Origin: Tubulanus polymorphus
Taxonomy: Eukaryota > Animalia > Nemertea
Direction: 5' to 3'
Assembly (NCBI RefSeq): GCF_964204645.1
Contig: NC_134032.1
Span: 4,612,175 to 4,676,174, forward strand
Length of the DNA: 64,000 nucleotides
The notes below the pieces were generated by a model. That model did no database searches and was not told where the DNA came from. It saw nothing but the letters and a program-made list of their open reading frames with translations. Below, in pieces: positions 9,575 through 19,196 of the stretch; the stretch's first letter is position 1; every line of letters starts with the position of its first letter. A program made the translations under genes and the position numbers.

Positions 9575-12500
9575 TCAGCGCGAGCTCACAAGAGTGAGGA
9601 CAATTCTCTGATTTAGTATTCTCAAATATTCTTTTGTTGAGTGCGATTGCTTAAAATGCGCGATTAAGGCCAGTGTCTGGATTTGGACCACGGGGACGTT
9701 GGTGCTGTCCCTGCCATTACACGCGATTTCTATGCCCATGCTCGACATCACTTCTGAGAATGCTTGCTTAAGATCGCGATCTGCATCGGCCCCAATGGAG
9801 TATGCGAATTCGGGACAGGGCATTGCCTGCAAATACTCAGGCGAGCGCAACAGGCGAATTCCCATTTTCCACAAAAAGACAGTGGCTGACTTTATCAAGC
9901 GCTCCTCATCAGGCTCTTGGAGATCGCGCAGGTGCTGAGCTTTGCGCCCCCGCCAATTTCCAAAGGCGAGTCCGTTAGCCAAAAAATCTAACTGAATGTG
10001 GCGCGAGTGGCGCGGGATCTTAGAGGCATCGAGGGGGCCGCTAAAGCCCAGGCCATGCAAAATCAGGTAGGTGGCCATGATGCGCGCATAAGTCTGAGAT
10101 TCATAGATAATGTTTTTGAGGATCGAGTCCGTTACTTTGAGCGATATACAGATTTCGATATAGCCAATCATTTCCTCTGAGGGCACATTGTTTAAGATCA
10201 TATTAATATTCCTATAGCGCTGAATGATCGTGGGCCGCGCATATTTATACAAAAAATCATAGTCCAAGGCCTCGCGCCCAAAAATGCGACAAAAGGAGCG
10301 ATAAATGCGCCGATGGTCATAAGTCTGTTCCCCATCCTGCAAAGTGCTTCGCTGCACCATGCTCACCAGCAGCGCATGCGAATAGTCTTTAGATGTAATG
10401 GCCTGATAAAGCTCATTGGCCTCATTGCGCGCATTAATGCCTTCGGCGTTGTCAGCCTCGGGCATGATCGTTAGGCCAGCGCCATAGGCAGTCAGGATCT
10501 TTACGAGCTCCTTTAAAAAGTGGCGAACGCTCCCTGCGCCGACTTCGCCTACAGCCGAAAAAATGGATAGCAGGAAGCAATTGTACACATCCAAGGCCAT
10601 GTCGCCGAGATAGCTGCGCGTGCGGCTGAGGTGATACATCGGAATGTTATCGTAAGACTCGCGAAATTCTTCATAGCTGCGCATCTGAAAGGGCTTGTTT
10701 CTATAACGCAAGGTCATGTGAAAGCTGCGGCATTGGCGCGAGCGCTTCATCATCTGCACCAGGCAGCGCGCCGACAGGTGATTCATTTCGACATGGGCGA
10801 TGAGATACACGCGGCAGACAGGGATAGTAATGCTAATGCCTGTCGTGATGGTTGAGGTATAAATGATGACGCGATAGTGCGCCAAATGCGCATTGATGTC
10901 GGCGAAGTGCTCGCGGATGATGTGCTGGCTGGTGTCACTAGAATAGACTATGATGTTATCGGCGCCAATGTGCTCAAGGGCCCCCAGCAGCGAATGCAGG
11001 GAGCGCGCCATCTTCAACGACGAGCAAATGATGATGATGCGGTCCTGAATCTCCTCAGAGATGATCGAATGGAGCAAATCAATATCGCGCGTATAAATGT
11101 GATAAGTGATATGGCTTTCGTGCATTGCCGGATTATAATTGATGCTCAGATCTGAAGAGACATATTCTTTGAGCGGCTGCAAGTGAATATCTTCTAAATA
11201 GGCATCCATGACACAAATGTGCCGCGCTGCGTTTAGGACGGTTAGAAACATTCGAGTGCTGTCGTACACAAGCGCAGGGGATATTGCGCCCATGTGCCCA
11301 TAAATGCCATCGATCTCGTCCATGAAAATCGTGATGATGCGCTCTTGCGCGTAACTCCAATCGATTCGGTGAAAGCTGTCTATCTGCACGATGATCAGCG
11401 GCGCTGACAGGGGCCCCTTATGCAAATTGTAAATCAGCGGGGATAGATGCGCCAAAAGCGCCCCAAACTCATTGGTGAGGGTGCGCCTGTAAGTGACGAC
11501 AATTATACATGAGTCAGGGACTGCGATTAGCCCTTCAATTATGCGGCACATGTCATAGGTCTTCCCCGTTCCTGTGCAAGAGCGATGCGCCACAATGCGC
11601 GCCTGAGTGCTGTGGAAGCAGTGCAAAAAGGAGGCATGATGGGTCATGGCGTCTAAGGGGGGCGCGCCAGTCAGGGCCCTTTGCTGGCTGGTGTCCTCGA
11701 TCATTTCTTTTAGGTCCTCGAGGTTGATGTCTACTTTGTCACGCTCTTCGCTCATGTTGAGGTGGAGGGACCCCTGCGCATTGCGGTGGCACCCAAGGGT
11801 GGCGGTAAGGCTGCGGCCGCGATGGTGTATGGACAGGAACATATTATCCTTCTCATGCACGCGATCGCAAATGCAGCACCAAGAGCTTTTGATGCGCTTG
11901 AGGCGAAACAGGTTGTTGTCCAGGCTCTCTATGCGAAAGGAGTGGATGTCCATGTTTCGAGACATGCATATAGAGCCCAAGAGCGCCTGCGCCCCTTCAT
12001 AGTTGACAATGCGCATGGGCTGGATCTCCTGGCCGACGCTGCTGCCTACATCTAGCTCTTCGAGGGCCGAGGGCTCTGAAGATCGATCTTGGGATAGCGA
12101 AATGATCAGCGCCTCTAGGTTGGGGGCGATGCTGCCGGGGCAGAGCCGAAGGGTGCGGCCGTCTTTTATGGAGTTGAGGACCCGGAAGTGGGCGCATTTT
12201 TTGTAGAGATTGTCAAATTGCGTGGAAGACAGCTTGTTGTAAAACTCCACAAAGCGCCGCGCCTCTTTGTAATGGCGGAAAAAGAGCCCAGGGGCGTGGA
12301 TGTGGTAGCTGATCTTGAAGACGCGCTCTGCGATGGGCCCTGAGCTTTCTAGGAACAGGAGCTGATCGAGCTCTCCGATTAATTCCGGTAGAGAGTGGCT
12401 TTCGCACATTGTTTGATACAGCTCAATGTATTTGCGCAGGTCGAGGGCGATGACGGTCCTCAGCTCTTGCGCGATCGAGGGGGCTTCGGGGCTGGCAGGG

Positions 12501-12718
12501 ATCTTTTTATCAAAGTCAAAAAAAGCAACAAATGGCACCGTCATGTTTATTACCTCGTGTAAATGATTTTGTCGGGCCATTTGGGATCTTAAGGTTCGGC
12601 GGCGTATGACCGAGTATGCCAGCGTTTGGATATTCCTGACGATGACTTCGTTTGCGCGCAAAGTAGGCCTTCGCTCATACAGACCCCCGCGGCCTTGTAG
12701 AGCCCGATACTGAGTCAT
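9575..12718 (-). CDS. AEP primase-Zn finger fused to a UL9/origin-binding-type SF2 helicase (ASFV F1055L-like)
   Basis: AEP motifs FFDFD, SYHIH and FRVLNSIK; Zn module CCICDRVHEKDN...GCHR; helicase motifs SCTGTGKT, TYRRTL, QIDSFHRI, MDEID, MDAYL, TSTITTGISI and QMMKRSR. Intact 1047 aa. Confidence 0.9.
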   Translation of the reverse strand: MTQYRALQGRGGLYERRPTLRANEVIVRNIQTLAYSVIRRRTLRSQMARQNHLHEVINMTVPFVAFFDFDKKIPASPEAPSIAQELRTVIALDLRKYIELYQTMCESHSLPELIGELDQLLFLESSGPIAERVFKISYHIHAPGLFFRHYKEARRFVEFYNKLSSTQFDNLYKKCAHFRVLNSIKDGRTLRLCPGSIAPNLEALIISLSQDRSSEPSALEELDVGSSVGQEIQPMRIVNYEGAQALLGSICMSRNMDIHSFRIESLDNNLFRLKRIKSSWCCICDRVHEKDNMFLSIHHRGRSLTATLGCHRNAQGSLHLNMSEERDKVDINLEDLKEMIEDTSQQRALTGAPPLDAMTHHASFLHCFHSTQARIVAHRSCTGTGKTYDMCRIIEGLIAVPDSCIIVVTYRRTLTNEFGALLAHLSPLIYNLHKGPLSAPLIIVQIDSFHRIDWSYAQERIITIFMDEIDGIYGHMGAISPALVYDSTRMFLTVLNAARHICVMDAYLEDIHLQPLKEYVSSDLSINYNPAMHESHITYHIYTRDIDLLHSIISEEIQDRIIIICSSLKMARSLHSLLGALEHIGADNIIVYSSDTSQHIIREHFADINAHLAHYRVIIYTSTITTGISITIPVCRVYLIAHVEMNHLSARCLVQMMKRSRQCRSFHMTLRYRNKPFQMRSYEEFRESYDNIPMYHLSRTRSYLGDMALDVYNCFLLSIFSAVGEVGAGSVRHFLKELVKILTAYGAGLTIMPEADNAEGINARNEANELYQAITSKDYSHALLVSMVQRSTLQDGEQTYDHRRIYRSFCRIFGREALDYDFLYKYARPTIIQRYRNINMILNNVPSEEMIGYIEICISLKVTDSILKNIIYESQTYARIMATYLILHGLGFSGPLDASKIPRHSRHIQLDFLANGLAFGNWRGRKAQHLRDLQEPDEERLIKSATVFLWKMGIRLLRSPEYLQAMPCPEFAYSIGADADRDLKQAFSEVMSSMGIEIACNGRDSTNVPVVQIQTLALIAHFKQSHSTKEYLRILNQRIVLTLVSSR

Positions 12719-13077
12719 GCTTTGGCTATTTTAAATTCTTTAGAAACAGTCTGCCTGCAGCTATAGCACATTAAAATCTGTGGATTAGCCAAGATCTTGA
12801 TGAATAGTATTTTTTTGCATTTAGAGCATGGCCTTTCTATACTTCTCTCCGAGGTGTTCATGTACAGAGCCCGCGCCTCCGCCTGGGTCACCTTTCTGGA
12901 AGCCTTCTGAGGAACGTGACTCATTATGGGATTTCGGTTTTGGCGGTGAGGCAGTTCAAACAGACAATACCTACACACATACGATTTTTGGGTCAGGGTC
13001 ATTGCCGCATGACATTCTTCGCAATATTCGCGCAGCTCATCGAAAGTCGCCATGGCCCCTTTTAAAAAAGTATTCAC
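12715..13077 (-). CDS. RNA polymerase subunit RPB9-like double zinc-ribbon protein
   Basis: Two Zn ribbons, CEEC...CRYC and CSKC...CYSC, in ~110-120 aa, in an NCLDV context. Confidence 0.65.
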   Translation of the reverse strand: MNTFLKGAMATFDELREYCEECHAAMTLTQKSYVCRYCLFELPHRQNRNPIMSHVPQKASRKVTQAEARALYMNTSERSIERPCSKCKKILFIKILANPQILMCYSCRQTVSKEFKIAKA

Positions 13078-13155
13078 AAATTTTATCTAATAGTAATATT
13101 CGAACTATAGATGACGTAAACGACTTCTTGCGAAATTCAGTAGAAGCGCGGATCT

Positions 13156-13545
13156 GTGCCAATTATGCTCGACATTAACAACCCCGAAACTTGCGTGTGC
13201 TTGACTATTTTATGTGTCTTGATCGTCATCGTGGTGGTCCTGGCCGTGCTTTTTAAAAAGACCAAAGACGCCGCGCTCTCCAAAGACGCGCTCAATGCAT
13301 TTAATAAGGCACAGACAACGATGATCATGCAGCAAGCAGGGACCTCTCCCCCCGAAACCGATCGATTCGGCACGATGATCAAAAAGAGACATAAAGCGCC
13401 TGACGGCCCGCTGGCCTTCCATCAAATAAAGGAAGATGAGATGGGCAACGCCACTCTGATTCCCCTCGACGGAGGAGATCTCCCCAAGCCCAAGCGCAAA
13501 AACAAGCGCAAAATCGCAGAATTGCCCTCAGAGCTCCTCGAATAA
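13156..13545 (+). CDS. Putative single-pass membrane protein
   Basis: Hydrophobic LTILCVLIVIVVVLAVLF followed by KKTK. Likely start ATG at 13165. Downstream T-run at ~13602-13612. Confidence 0.65.
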   Translation: MPIMLDINNPETCVCLTILCVLIVIVVVLAVLFKKTKDAALSKDALNAFNKAQTTMIMQQAGTSPPETDRFGTMIKKRHKAPDGPLAFHQIKEDEMGNATLIPLDGGDLPKPKRKNKRKIAELPSELLE

Positions 13546-13629
13546 GGCCCTGCCCTACCTCGATATCGCGCCGTCATGGGGATCTCAAGTGGGCGTTATT
13601 ATTTTTTTTTTTGTTATTAGAGTATCAGG

Positions 13630-14424
13630 ATGGCCGACAACATCCAAAATCTGATCAGGGCCTGCAAAAGCATTGTGAATCAAATAACCTCTTTTATCAT
13701 TGGCGCAATTAACACCTATGAAATCAGCGACAAGAGAATCGACTTTTCCTTCTATTTTTCTTTTTGCGGGACGATGAATATCTTGATTAGGAACTTGAGA
13801 GAGATAGGTATTGAGATAGGCTCCAGGCTCCAACATAATGAACCGACCAGGGCCTCCGCAGCCGACATAGAAAACGCATACATGATCAGCGGATCTGCCG
13901 ATTATAATTATCAGTACGTCCTCCGCGCCTTTGAGTCCAGCATCGCGCTCAATAAAAACTACACCTTCATGGGGATAGGAACCATTGCAGCTATTAATTC
14001 CCAACTATTCTCAATACGACATGCCATGAAGAAAAATCTCTCTAACAGCATGATAAAAAGCAGCCATGAAAACATGATCCCTGCGCCTTTTATGAAAATG
14101 AGATACCCTCTTATTGTTGCGGGTCAGGGCCCATCGCTGCCCCCGGTCAGCCCGTTCACGATCAGCACTAAAAATGACACTTTAGGCCCTATTGTTGCGG
14201 ATCCAAGGCCATTTGTGCCTCCGATTAGCCCGTTCACGATCAGCACTAAAAATGACACTTTAGGCCCTATTGTTGCGGATCCAAGGCCATTGGTGCCCCC
14301 GATTGACCCGCTGTCGGGAAGCAATAAGAGCGGACCGTCCAGAGGCAGCGAGGAAGACGATCTCAGGGCATTTGGAATGCTCACCAATCGCACCGAGTCG
14401 CCGACGCCTGTACCCCTCCCCTAA
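13630..14424 (+). CDS. Hypothetical viral protein with a Pro-rich repeat tail
   Basis: 264-aa ATG ORF containing a 26-aa tandem repeat. Confidence 0.7.
   Translation: MADNIQNLIRACKSIVNQITSFIIGAINTYEISDKRIDFSFYFSFCGTMNILIRNLREIGIEIGSRLQHNEPTRASAADIENAYMISGSADYNYQYVLRAFESSIALNKNYTFMGIGTIAAINSQLFSIRHAMKKNLSNSMIKSSHENMIPAPFMKMRYPLIVAGQGPSLPPVSPFTISTKNDTLGPIVADPRPFVPPISPFTISTKNDTLGPIVADPRPLVPPIDPLSGSNKSGPSRGSEEDDLRAFGMLTNRTESPTPVPLP
14140..14310 (+). repeat. 78-bp in-frame tandem duplication (about 2.2 copies)
   Basis: PP(V/I)SPFTISTKNDTLGPIVADPRP(F/L)V twice, near-identical at DNA level. Confidence 0.95.
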
Positions 14425-14687
14425 GCATTGACAGAATTCCCCACAAATATTTAAAGCGCATAATAAGAAGCCCTGATCATCATACTCAACAGGTATACAA
14501 AAAAAAAAAAAGGCAGCACCCCTTTTTTTATCGTGAGATCGGGATGCGGCGATTATGCATTTAAAAGGGGCCGATCGCGGCTTTTGCGCCCTGCCCTGCA
14601 AGGATGGCTATCGGGTCAGGCGCTTTCCCTTCGCGCTAGTGGGCTATTATCGTTTTGCATTTAATGGGTATATATAGACTGTTTATT

Positions 14688-15020
14688 ATGGGGGACACGC
14701 GAATGGCTGCTTTTTTACGCGCCTGGGAAAAGTCCCTGGCTAACGTGCGGTTGGCTCGAGATGCGATCGTCCAGGATGGGCGCCCCACCTGCTTCGCCGA
14801 CCTCAAACCGTATATAGAGCGAAAGAAAACCGCAGACAACGCCCTGATATGGCTTTTATATTGTCTACACGATGCAAACGAGTATCAAACTTCTGAGCAA
14901 CTGGCTTACTACCGGGGAGTTTTTGGAGCTGTTGAAAAGGACCTCTCTAATGTCATAAAGAGCGCAAAAAAGGGCTTTACAGACGTCTATAACGACATCT
15001 GTGGGATCGCGCAGGAATAA
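14688..15020 (+). CDS. Small helical viral protein (putative multigene family member)
   Basis: ATG preceded by TATATAG; T-run downstream at ~15083-15095. Confidence 0.6.
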   Translation: MGDTRMAAFLRAWEKSLANVRLARDAIVQDGRPTCFADLKPYIERKKTADNALIWLLYCLHDANEYQTSEQLAYYRGVFGAVEKDLSNVIKSAKKGFTDVYNDICGIAQE

Positions 15021-15225
15021 TCAAGCGCAGTGGACATGTCAACGGCCCCAGGGTTGTATCAGGCGCCTGCATGATGCTCTTCTTTTTGTTTTTTTCGTCA
15101 GGGCGCCCTCGATGGCACTGGGCCCTTCTTAGGCAGGCCGCGATCGCATAAAGGGGAGGGGGCGCGCGATTCAAGAGATTCTGATTTTATAGATTCTTTG
15201 CTATCACTGCATTTAAATTGTCACC

Positions 15226-15681
15226 ATGTTGGAATTCGAGTGTGAACATGACTATATTAACATGATACAATACCAATGCCGTCAGATGCACATCATTTTA
15301 TGGGATGTAGAACAAGATCTTATGGGCACTTTTAAGAGCCCTCCCATCCCGGTAGAGGACAGGACCCTTGAAGAGGCGGTCGGGCTCTTAAATGATATTT
15401 GCCATATGAATGTCGGGAGAAAGTCCATAGCTTACGAGGATAAAGGTATAGATTTCGAAGATGGCCGGATCAACTCAGTTATTCGCAGGTTGTACGTCGT
15501 ATTGAGCTACACAAAGAAGCTGTATATCCTCGATGCCTTTGAGTTTCCTTGGAGTGAGATAGTGAAGGGTTATACAGGACGCCATCTTAGATATGCAGGC
15601 TGGCATAAGTCAAGGAGTTATCGGAGATTCCCAGGCATCATGAACGCGCAGGAGAAAGCTCGCTATCATCGAGGCCATTAA
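15226..15681 (+). CDS. Small helical viral protein (multigene family member)
   Basis: 151 aa; shares PPxPxExxxLExAxxLLxxIxxxN with the next ORF; T8 run at ~15738-15745. Confidence 0.7.
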   Translation: MLEFECEHDYINMIQYQCRQMHIILWDVEQDLMGTFKSPPIPVEDRTLEEAVGLLNDICHMNVGRKSIAYEDKGIDFEDGRINSVIRRLYVVLSYTKKLYILDAFEFPWSEIVKGYTGRHLRYAGWHKSRSYRRFPGIMNAQEKARYHRGH

Positions 15682-15804
15682 ATTTCCTTGGAGTGAGCTA
15701 GCCCAGAGCCCTATTCATTCAGTTCTTCCATGCGCTCTTTTTTTTAGGCGACGCGGCGATGAAAAGTTATTGTTTTAGCTTTGGCCTTTACTTACGGAAG
15801 TTTG

Positions 15805-16167
15805 ATGGCCGCGATGTCAAGCACCAGCAGCGTGGAGCGGTACACGGCCCTAATCGAGAGCTGCTTTGAGGATGTAGTCTCTCTTATAGCCATCCTAACA
15901 AAGAACAGTGCAGACGATGCTGGGGCCCCTCCTGCCCCCAAAGAGAAAGATCGCTTAGAAGGCGCGATGCAGCTCTTACAGATAATTAACCAGGCCAATC
16001 ATAAGTTAGATGCCCTTCTGCCCGACCTAGACCAAGTGAAACAGCGCGCAGACAGGGCCAATGCTGCTCGGGCCACCCTCATAAGTTTGATACATCGCAC
16101 TAAAATGGCGCATTTGCTCGAAGATCCTCGCTTCCCTCTGTTCAGCCAGGCGCAGGCCCAAGCATAG
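15805..16167 (+). CDS. Small helical viral protein (multigene family member)
   Basis: Paralogous motif shared with 15226..15681; T-run at ~16188-16202. Confidence 0.7.
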   Translation: MAAMSSTSSVERYTALIESCFEDVVSLIAILTKNSADDAGAPPAPKEKDRLEGAMQLLQIINQANHKLDALLPDLDQVKQRADRANAARATLISLIHRTKMAHLLEDPRFPLFSQAQAQA

Positions 16168-16326
16168 ACCAGTCTGTCATTATCCCCCTTTCTTTTTTTT
16201 TTGTGCGGAAGTGAGGCGCTCTTAGGCAGGGACCTGATTCCGCGAAAAAAAAGAGAGGGGGCGCGCGGCCGCCATATAAAGAGGATTTTACCCAGGGGGC
16301 TTATAACTTTGGGAAAAATAGATACG

Positions 16327-16923
16327 ATGGCGGGGCATTCATCTATAGAGTCCTGGAAGATCGTTTTGGCCCGATCCTGCACGGAGCTAGATGGCCTGCT
16401 GGCCCGCCTAGATTCTTCCATTGACCGCTCCCCTGAGGGTGCTCTTAATTACTCTGATAAGCACCTCTTTAAAAAGGTGATCGCCCTCGTATATGCAGTC
16501 GAAAGTGTGTATATAGAGCTGAAGGAAAACACTTCTGGGCAGGGAGAGGTGTTATTGGCCGCGGCCCTAAAGGGAACGCTGAAGAGACAGATCAAAGCCC
16601 TCGCAATGCGCGCGAGCAGCCCTGATTTGATTAAGGGGCATGGGCCCATTTTTGATGATGTGCAAGACGGCGAGCTTATCGCCTTGTATCTAAAACAGCA
16701 CGAGCCCCAGATCGAAGAATGCGACTGGCCCACGCCCGCATCCTTGAGAAGGCGCGCGAAAGTGGATTGCTTACTGAAAGACGCTGATACCTTTTTCGCC
16801 ACAGTGCGCCACTATCCTGGCGAGCTAAAAGACGAGATTGTAAAAGGGATTCTGACCTGCACCTTGCCCATGCCCAAGCTTACAAAACAAAATAAATCAG
16901 ATACAAATGAATCAGGCATCTAA
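16327..16923 (+). CDS. Helical viral protein (putative multigene family member)
   Basis: Likely start MAGHS at 16327 after AAATAG; T-run at ~16998-17005. Confidence 0.65.
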   Translation: MAGHSSIESWKIVLARSCTELDGLLARLDSSIDRSPEGALNYSDKHLFKKVIALVYAVESVYIELKENTSGQGEVLLAAALKGTLKRQIKALAMRASSPDLIKGHGPIFDDVQDGELIALYLKQHEPQIEECDWPTPASLRRRAKVDCLLKDADTFFATVRHYPGELKDEIVKGILTCTLPMPKLTKQNKSDTNESGI

Positions 16924-17080
16924 TGGGCGATGAGATTCCTGCCCGCTTTAGCAGAGCCCTTTCATGCGCCGGGCTTCCATGGGAGGGGGTTCTTATGTTT
17001 TTTTTATCTCCTAGCGGAAGGGGGCGCCCCCACAATTAATAGTTTATAGACATTCTTTGGCATTTATTTAAATAGGCGCG

Positions 17081-17536
17081 ATGGAGCTTTCATCTGATAA
17101 AGGGAAATGGGCGACGCTGTATCGCATATGTGGTTTTAAGCTAATGCACTGCCTAGACGTTTTTCGCGCCTTCAGAAGAGACTACTACACCTATCTTCCT
17201 ATGGATTTAAAGAAACCAGCCCTCATCCAAATGATAAACCTCGTAAACGTCATGCATGAGGTGATTCAGGTAATGAAGGAAGAGATGGGTCAGCATAGGC
17301 CGATGAGCAGCATTGAAAGACAGTGGCGGCAGGATCAGCGATCGCTTTTGCGGGACCTAGCGAGTGCAGGCATGCTGGACATGCAAAAAGAGCATCCAAT
17401 TATTGATATCGAGGGGTGCAGGTCTGGCTTTGGCGGGGAAGGGCATGACTGGCGCCGGCCGGCTTGGGGTGGTGGCTACCTACATCACGAACTCGGCGAA
17501 GCAGAAGGCTGCCCTCTTTATGCTAAGTACCTATAA
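17081..17536 (+). CDS. Small helical viral protein (putative multigene family member)
   Basis: 151 aa; TAAATAG upstream; T9 run at ~17609-17617. Confidence 0.65.
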   Translation: MELSSDKGKWATLYRICGFKLMHCLDVFRAFRRDYYTYLPMDLKKPALIQMINLVNVMHEVIQVMKEEMGQHRPMSSIERQWRQDQRSLLRDLASAGMLDMQKEHPIIDIEGCRSGFGGEGHDWRRPAWGGGYLHHELGEAEGCPLYAKYL

Positions 17537-17608
17537 ATAAGCGCAGGGCCACCGCAAAATATCTAAGAGAGGGGCGCCTGACTGCAGCAGTCCTCCGATG
17601 CTTTAAAC

Positions 17609-17661
17609 TTTTTTTTTGCCCTTTGCCTTTTTGGGCCCCTGCGCCGATTGTGCAAAAAAAA
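17609..17661. terminator. Bidirectional poly-T terminator between convergent viral genes (representative example)
   Basis: T9 on the + strand and A8 (T8 on the - strand) between converging ORFs. ASFV terminates at runs of 7 or more T. Confidence 0.6.
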
Positions 17662-17669
17662 GGCATATG

Positions 17670-18665
17670 CTATAAGTGTATCTCAAGGGCCCCATCCTCT
17701 GCGAGCACAGAAACGAGCGCTATTGCATCCCTGCAGGCCTGGCAGTCCTCTCTGTAGACATCATCAGGCACATGCTTAAATTCGCAGATGAAGTCTTTGT
17801 GGGCGAGATTCTCTGTCGGGCGAGCTGCTAGATTGAAAATGGTAATCGGCGGGCTGTGAGGCATGTGCAAGAGATGACTAACCAGCAAAGCCCAACCCGT
17901 GCCAATGATGGCGCTCACCCCCCTGTCCTGAAATTCGCGGAAAAGGGCTAGGGCGCCTTTGTCAGGAACTGTCAGGTGCCAGACCATAGAGGTAATGTAG
18001 ATCGACTGCAACTCAGGCGCCGTATAATCGACGTGATCGTCGCAGAGAGTCATGTACAGGTGCCGGTCAATGAGTATGCTTTTGCTGTGCGATGTCAGGC
18101 GCCGCGCATAAGGTCTAAGAGTGCTCTGGCACATATAATAAGAGCAGCAGCCTGGCAAAACGCGCACGCGGCCGCTTAAGTGCGGAGAAGAGACTATTAC
18201 CTCGCAGATCAGTACTGGCGATTTGTCGAAAAAGCGCGGATTGCTTTGCAAAATGATTGTTATGCCTTTGCTCTTGCACTCGTCTATAAACTCGAGCAGG
18301 TGGTTGCCATGTTTATTGGCGAGCCTGACATAGTCTTGGTGGCTGTTGTTGTCTTTGAGGTGCCCATCATAGAATAGTAAATCAGCCACAATAAATGTGT
18401 CATACTCTTTTAGGGCCTTAGTCGCAATGGTGTTGCTGAGATTCTCGAGGGAAAAAATAGGGATTATGTCCATAGAAGGGAAAAAATTGGGTGCAAGAGA
18501 GTGCTCAGCCCTGCTATTAAAGCTGACTTGAATATCGGCAGGTACGATATACGCACCATTTAATTTTTTATTTCTCTGCATTAATGATTGAATGTGTTTA
18601 GTCTTGCCGCAACACATCGGCCCAACAAACATTGAAACTGCCATGGCTAACAGTAGTGGAAACAT
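17670..18665 (-). CDS. tk: Degenerate type II thymidine kinase with a C-terminal extension
   Basis: P-loop FVGPMCCGKT (canonical GPMFSGKT); FIVADLLFY at the DExQF position; Zn/lasso region CCSYYMC...YMTLCDDH. Confidence 0.75.
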   Translation of the reverse strand: MFPLLLAMAVSMFVGPMCCGKTKHIQSLMQRNKKLNGAYIVPADIQVSFNSRAEHSLAPNFFPSMDIIPIFSLENLSNTIATKALKEYDTFIVADLLFYDGHLKDNNSHQDYVRLANKHGNHLLEFIDECKSKGITIILQSNPRFFDKSPVLICEVIVSSPHLSGRVRVLPGCCSYYMCQSTLRPYARRLTSHSKSILIDRHLYMTLCDDHVDYTAPELQSIYITSMVWHLTVPDKGALALFREFQDRGVSAIIGTGWALLVSHLLHMPHSPPITIFNLAARPTENLAHKDFICEFKHVPDDVYREDCQACRDAIALVSVLAEDGALEIHL

Positions 18666-18888
18666 TAATACTCACCTGGCCGATATTGCAGACAAATACA
18701 AAAGCCAATTAGAGTCATTTACTCATGAAGATTACGATCAAAAACTCAATTCTCTCCCCGAGTGCGCCTTAGCAGAATCGATCCGTTGCCTATCTCAGCA
18801 GGCGCTGTCCTCATTTTCAACGAGCAGTGTAGGCAGCTCTGACATCCAAACTAGCACAAAATCGAGATCGCGCTCAGATGTCCAGTGA
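18643..18888 (+). CDS. Hypothetical small viral protein
   Basis: ORF from MANSSG, divergent from the TK gene. Confidence 0.45.
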   Translation: MANSSGNINTHLADIADKYKSQLESFTHEDYDQKLNSLPECALAESIRCLSQQALSSFSTSSVGSSDIQTSTKSRSRSDVQ

Positions 18889-19144
18889 TCCCAAAGCGCT
18901 CGAGGCCTTAAAAGACATGTCTCCTGGGGATTGCCTTACTACCATTAAAATCGCCTGGGACCAGTGTCATCCTTTGATGGCAGATGCGGCGATTGCGCAA
19001 GTAAACACAATTCTGCATGATTTTCGCAATAATTGTGTAGACATGCCCAATCTCCCTCTGCAACTTCAGATTATAAGCGAAGCTGCCCAGCAAGTCGAGC
19101 AAAAGGCGCATAATCCCCCAGTGGCTGCTGAAAAAAAAAAATAA
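18878..19144 (+). CDS. Hypothetical small viral protein
   Basis: 88-aa ATG ORF with a T8 run at 19153-19160. Confidence 0.55.
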   Translation: MSSDPKALEALKDMSPGDCLTTIKIAWDQCHPLMADAAIAQVNTILHDFRNNCVDMPNLPLQLQIISEAAQQVEQKAHNPPVAAEKKK

Positions 19145-19196
19145 CCTACCCCTTTTTTTTGCGCCTCGGCCGATAGAGAAAAAAAGCACCCCCTGC

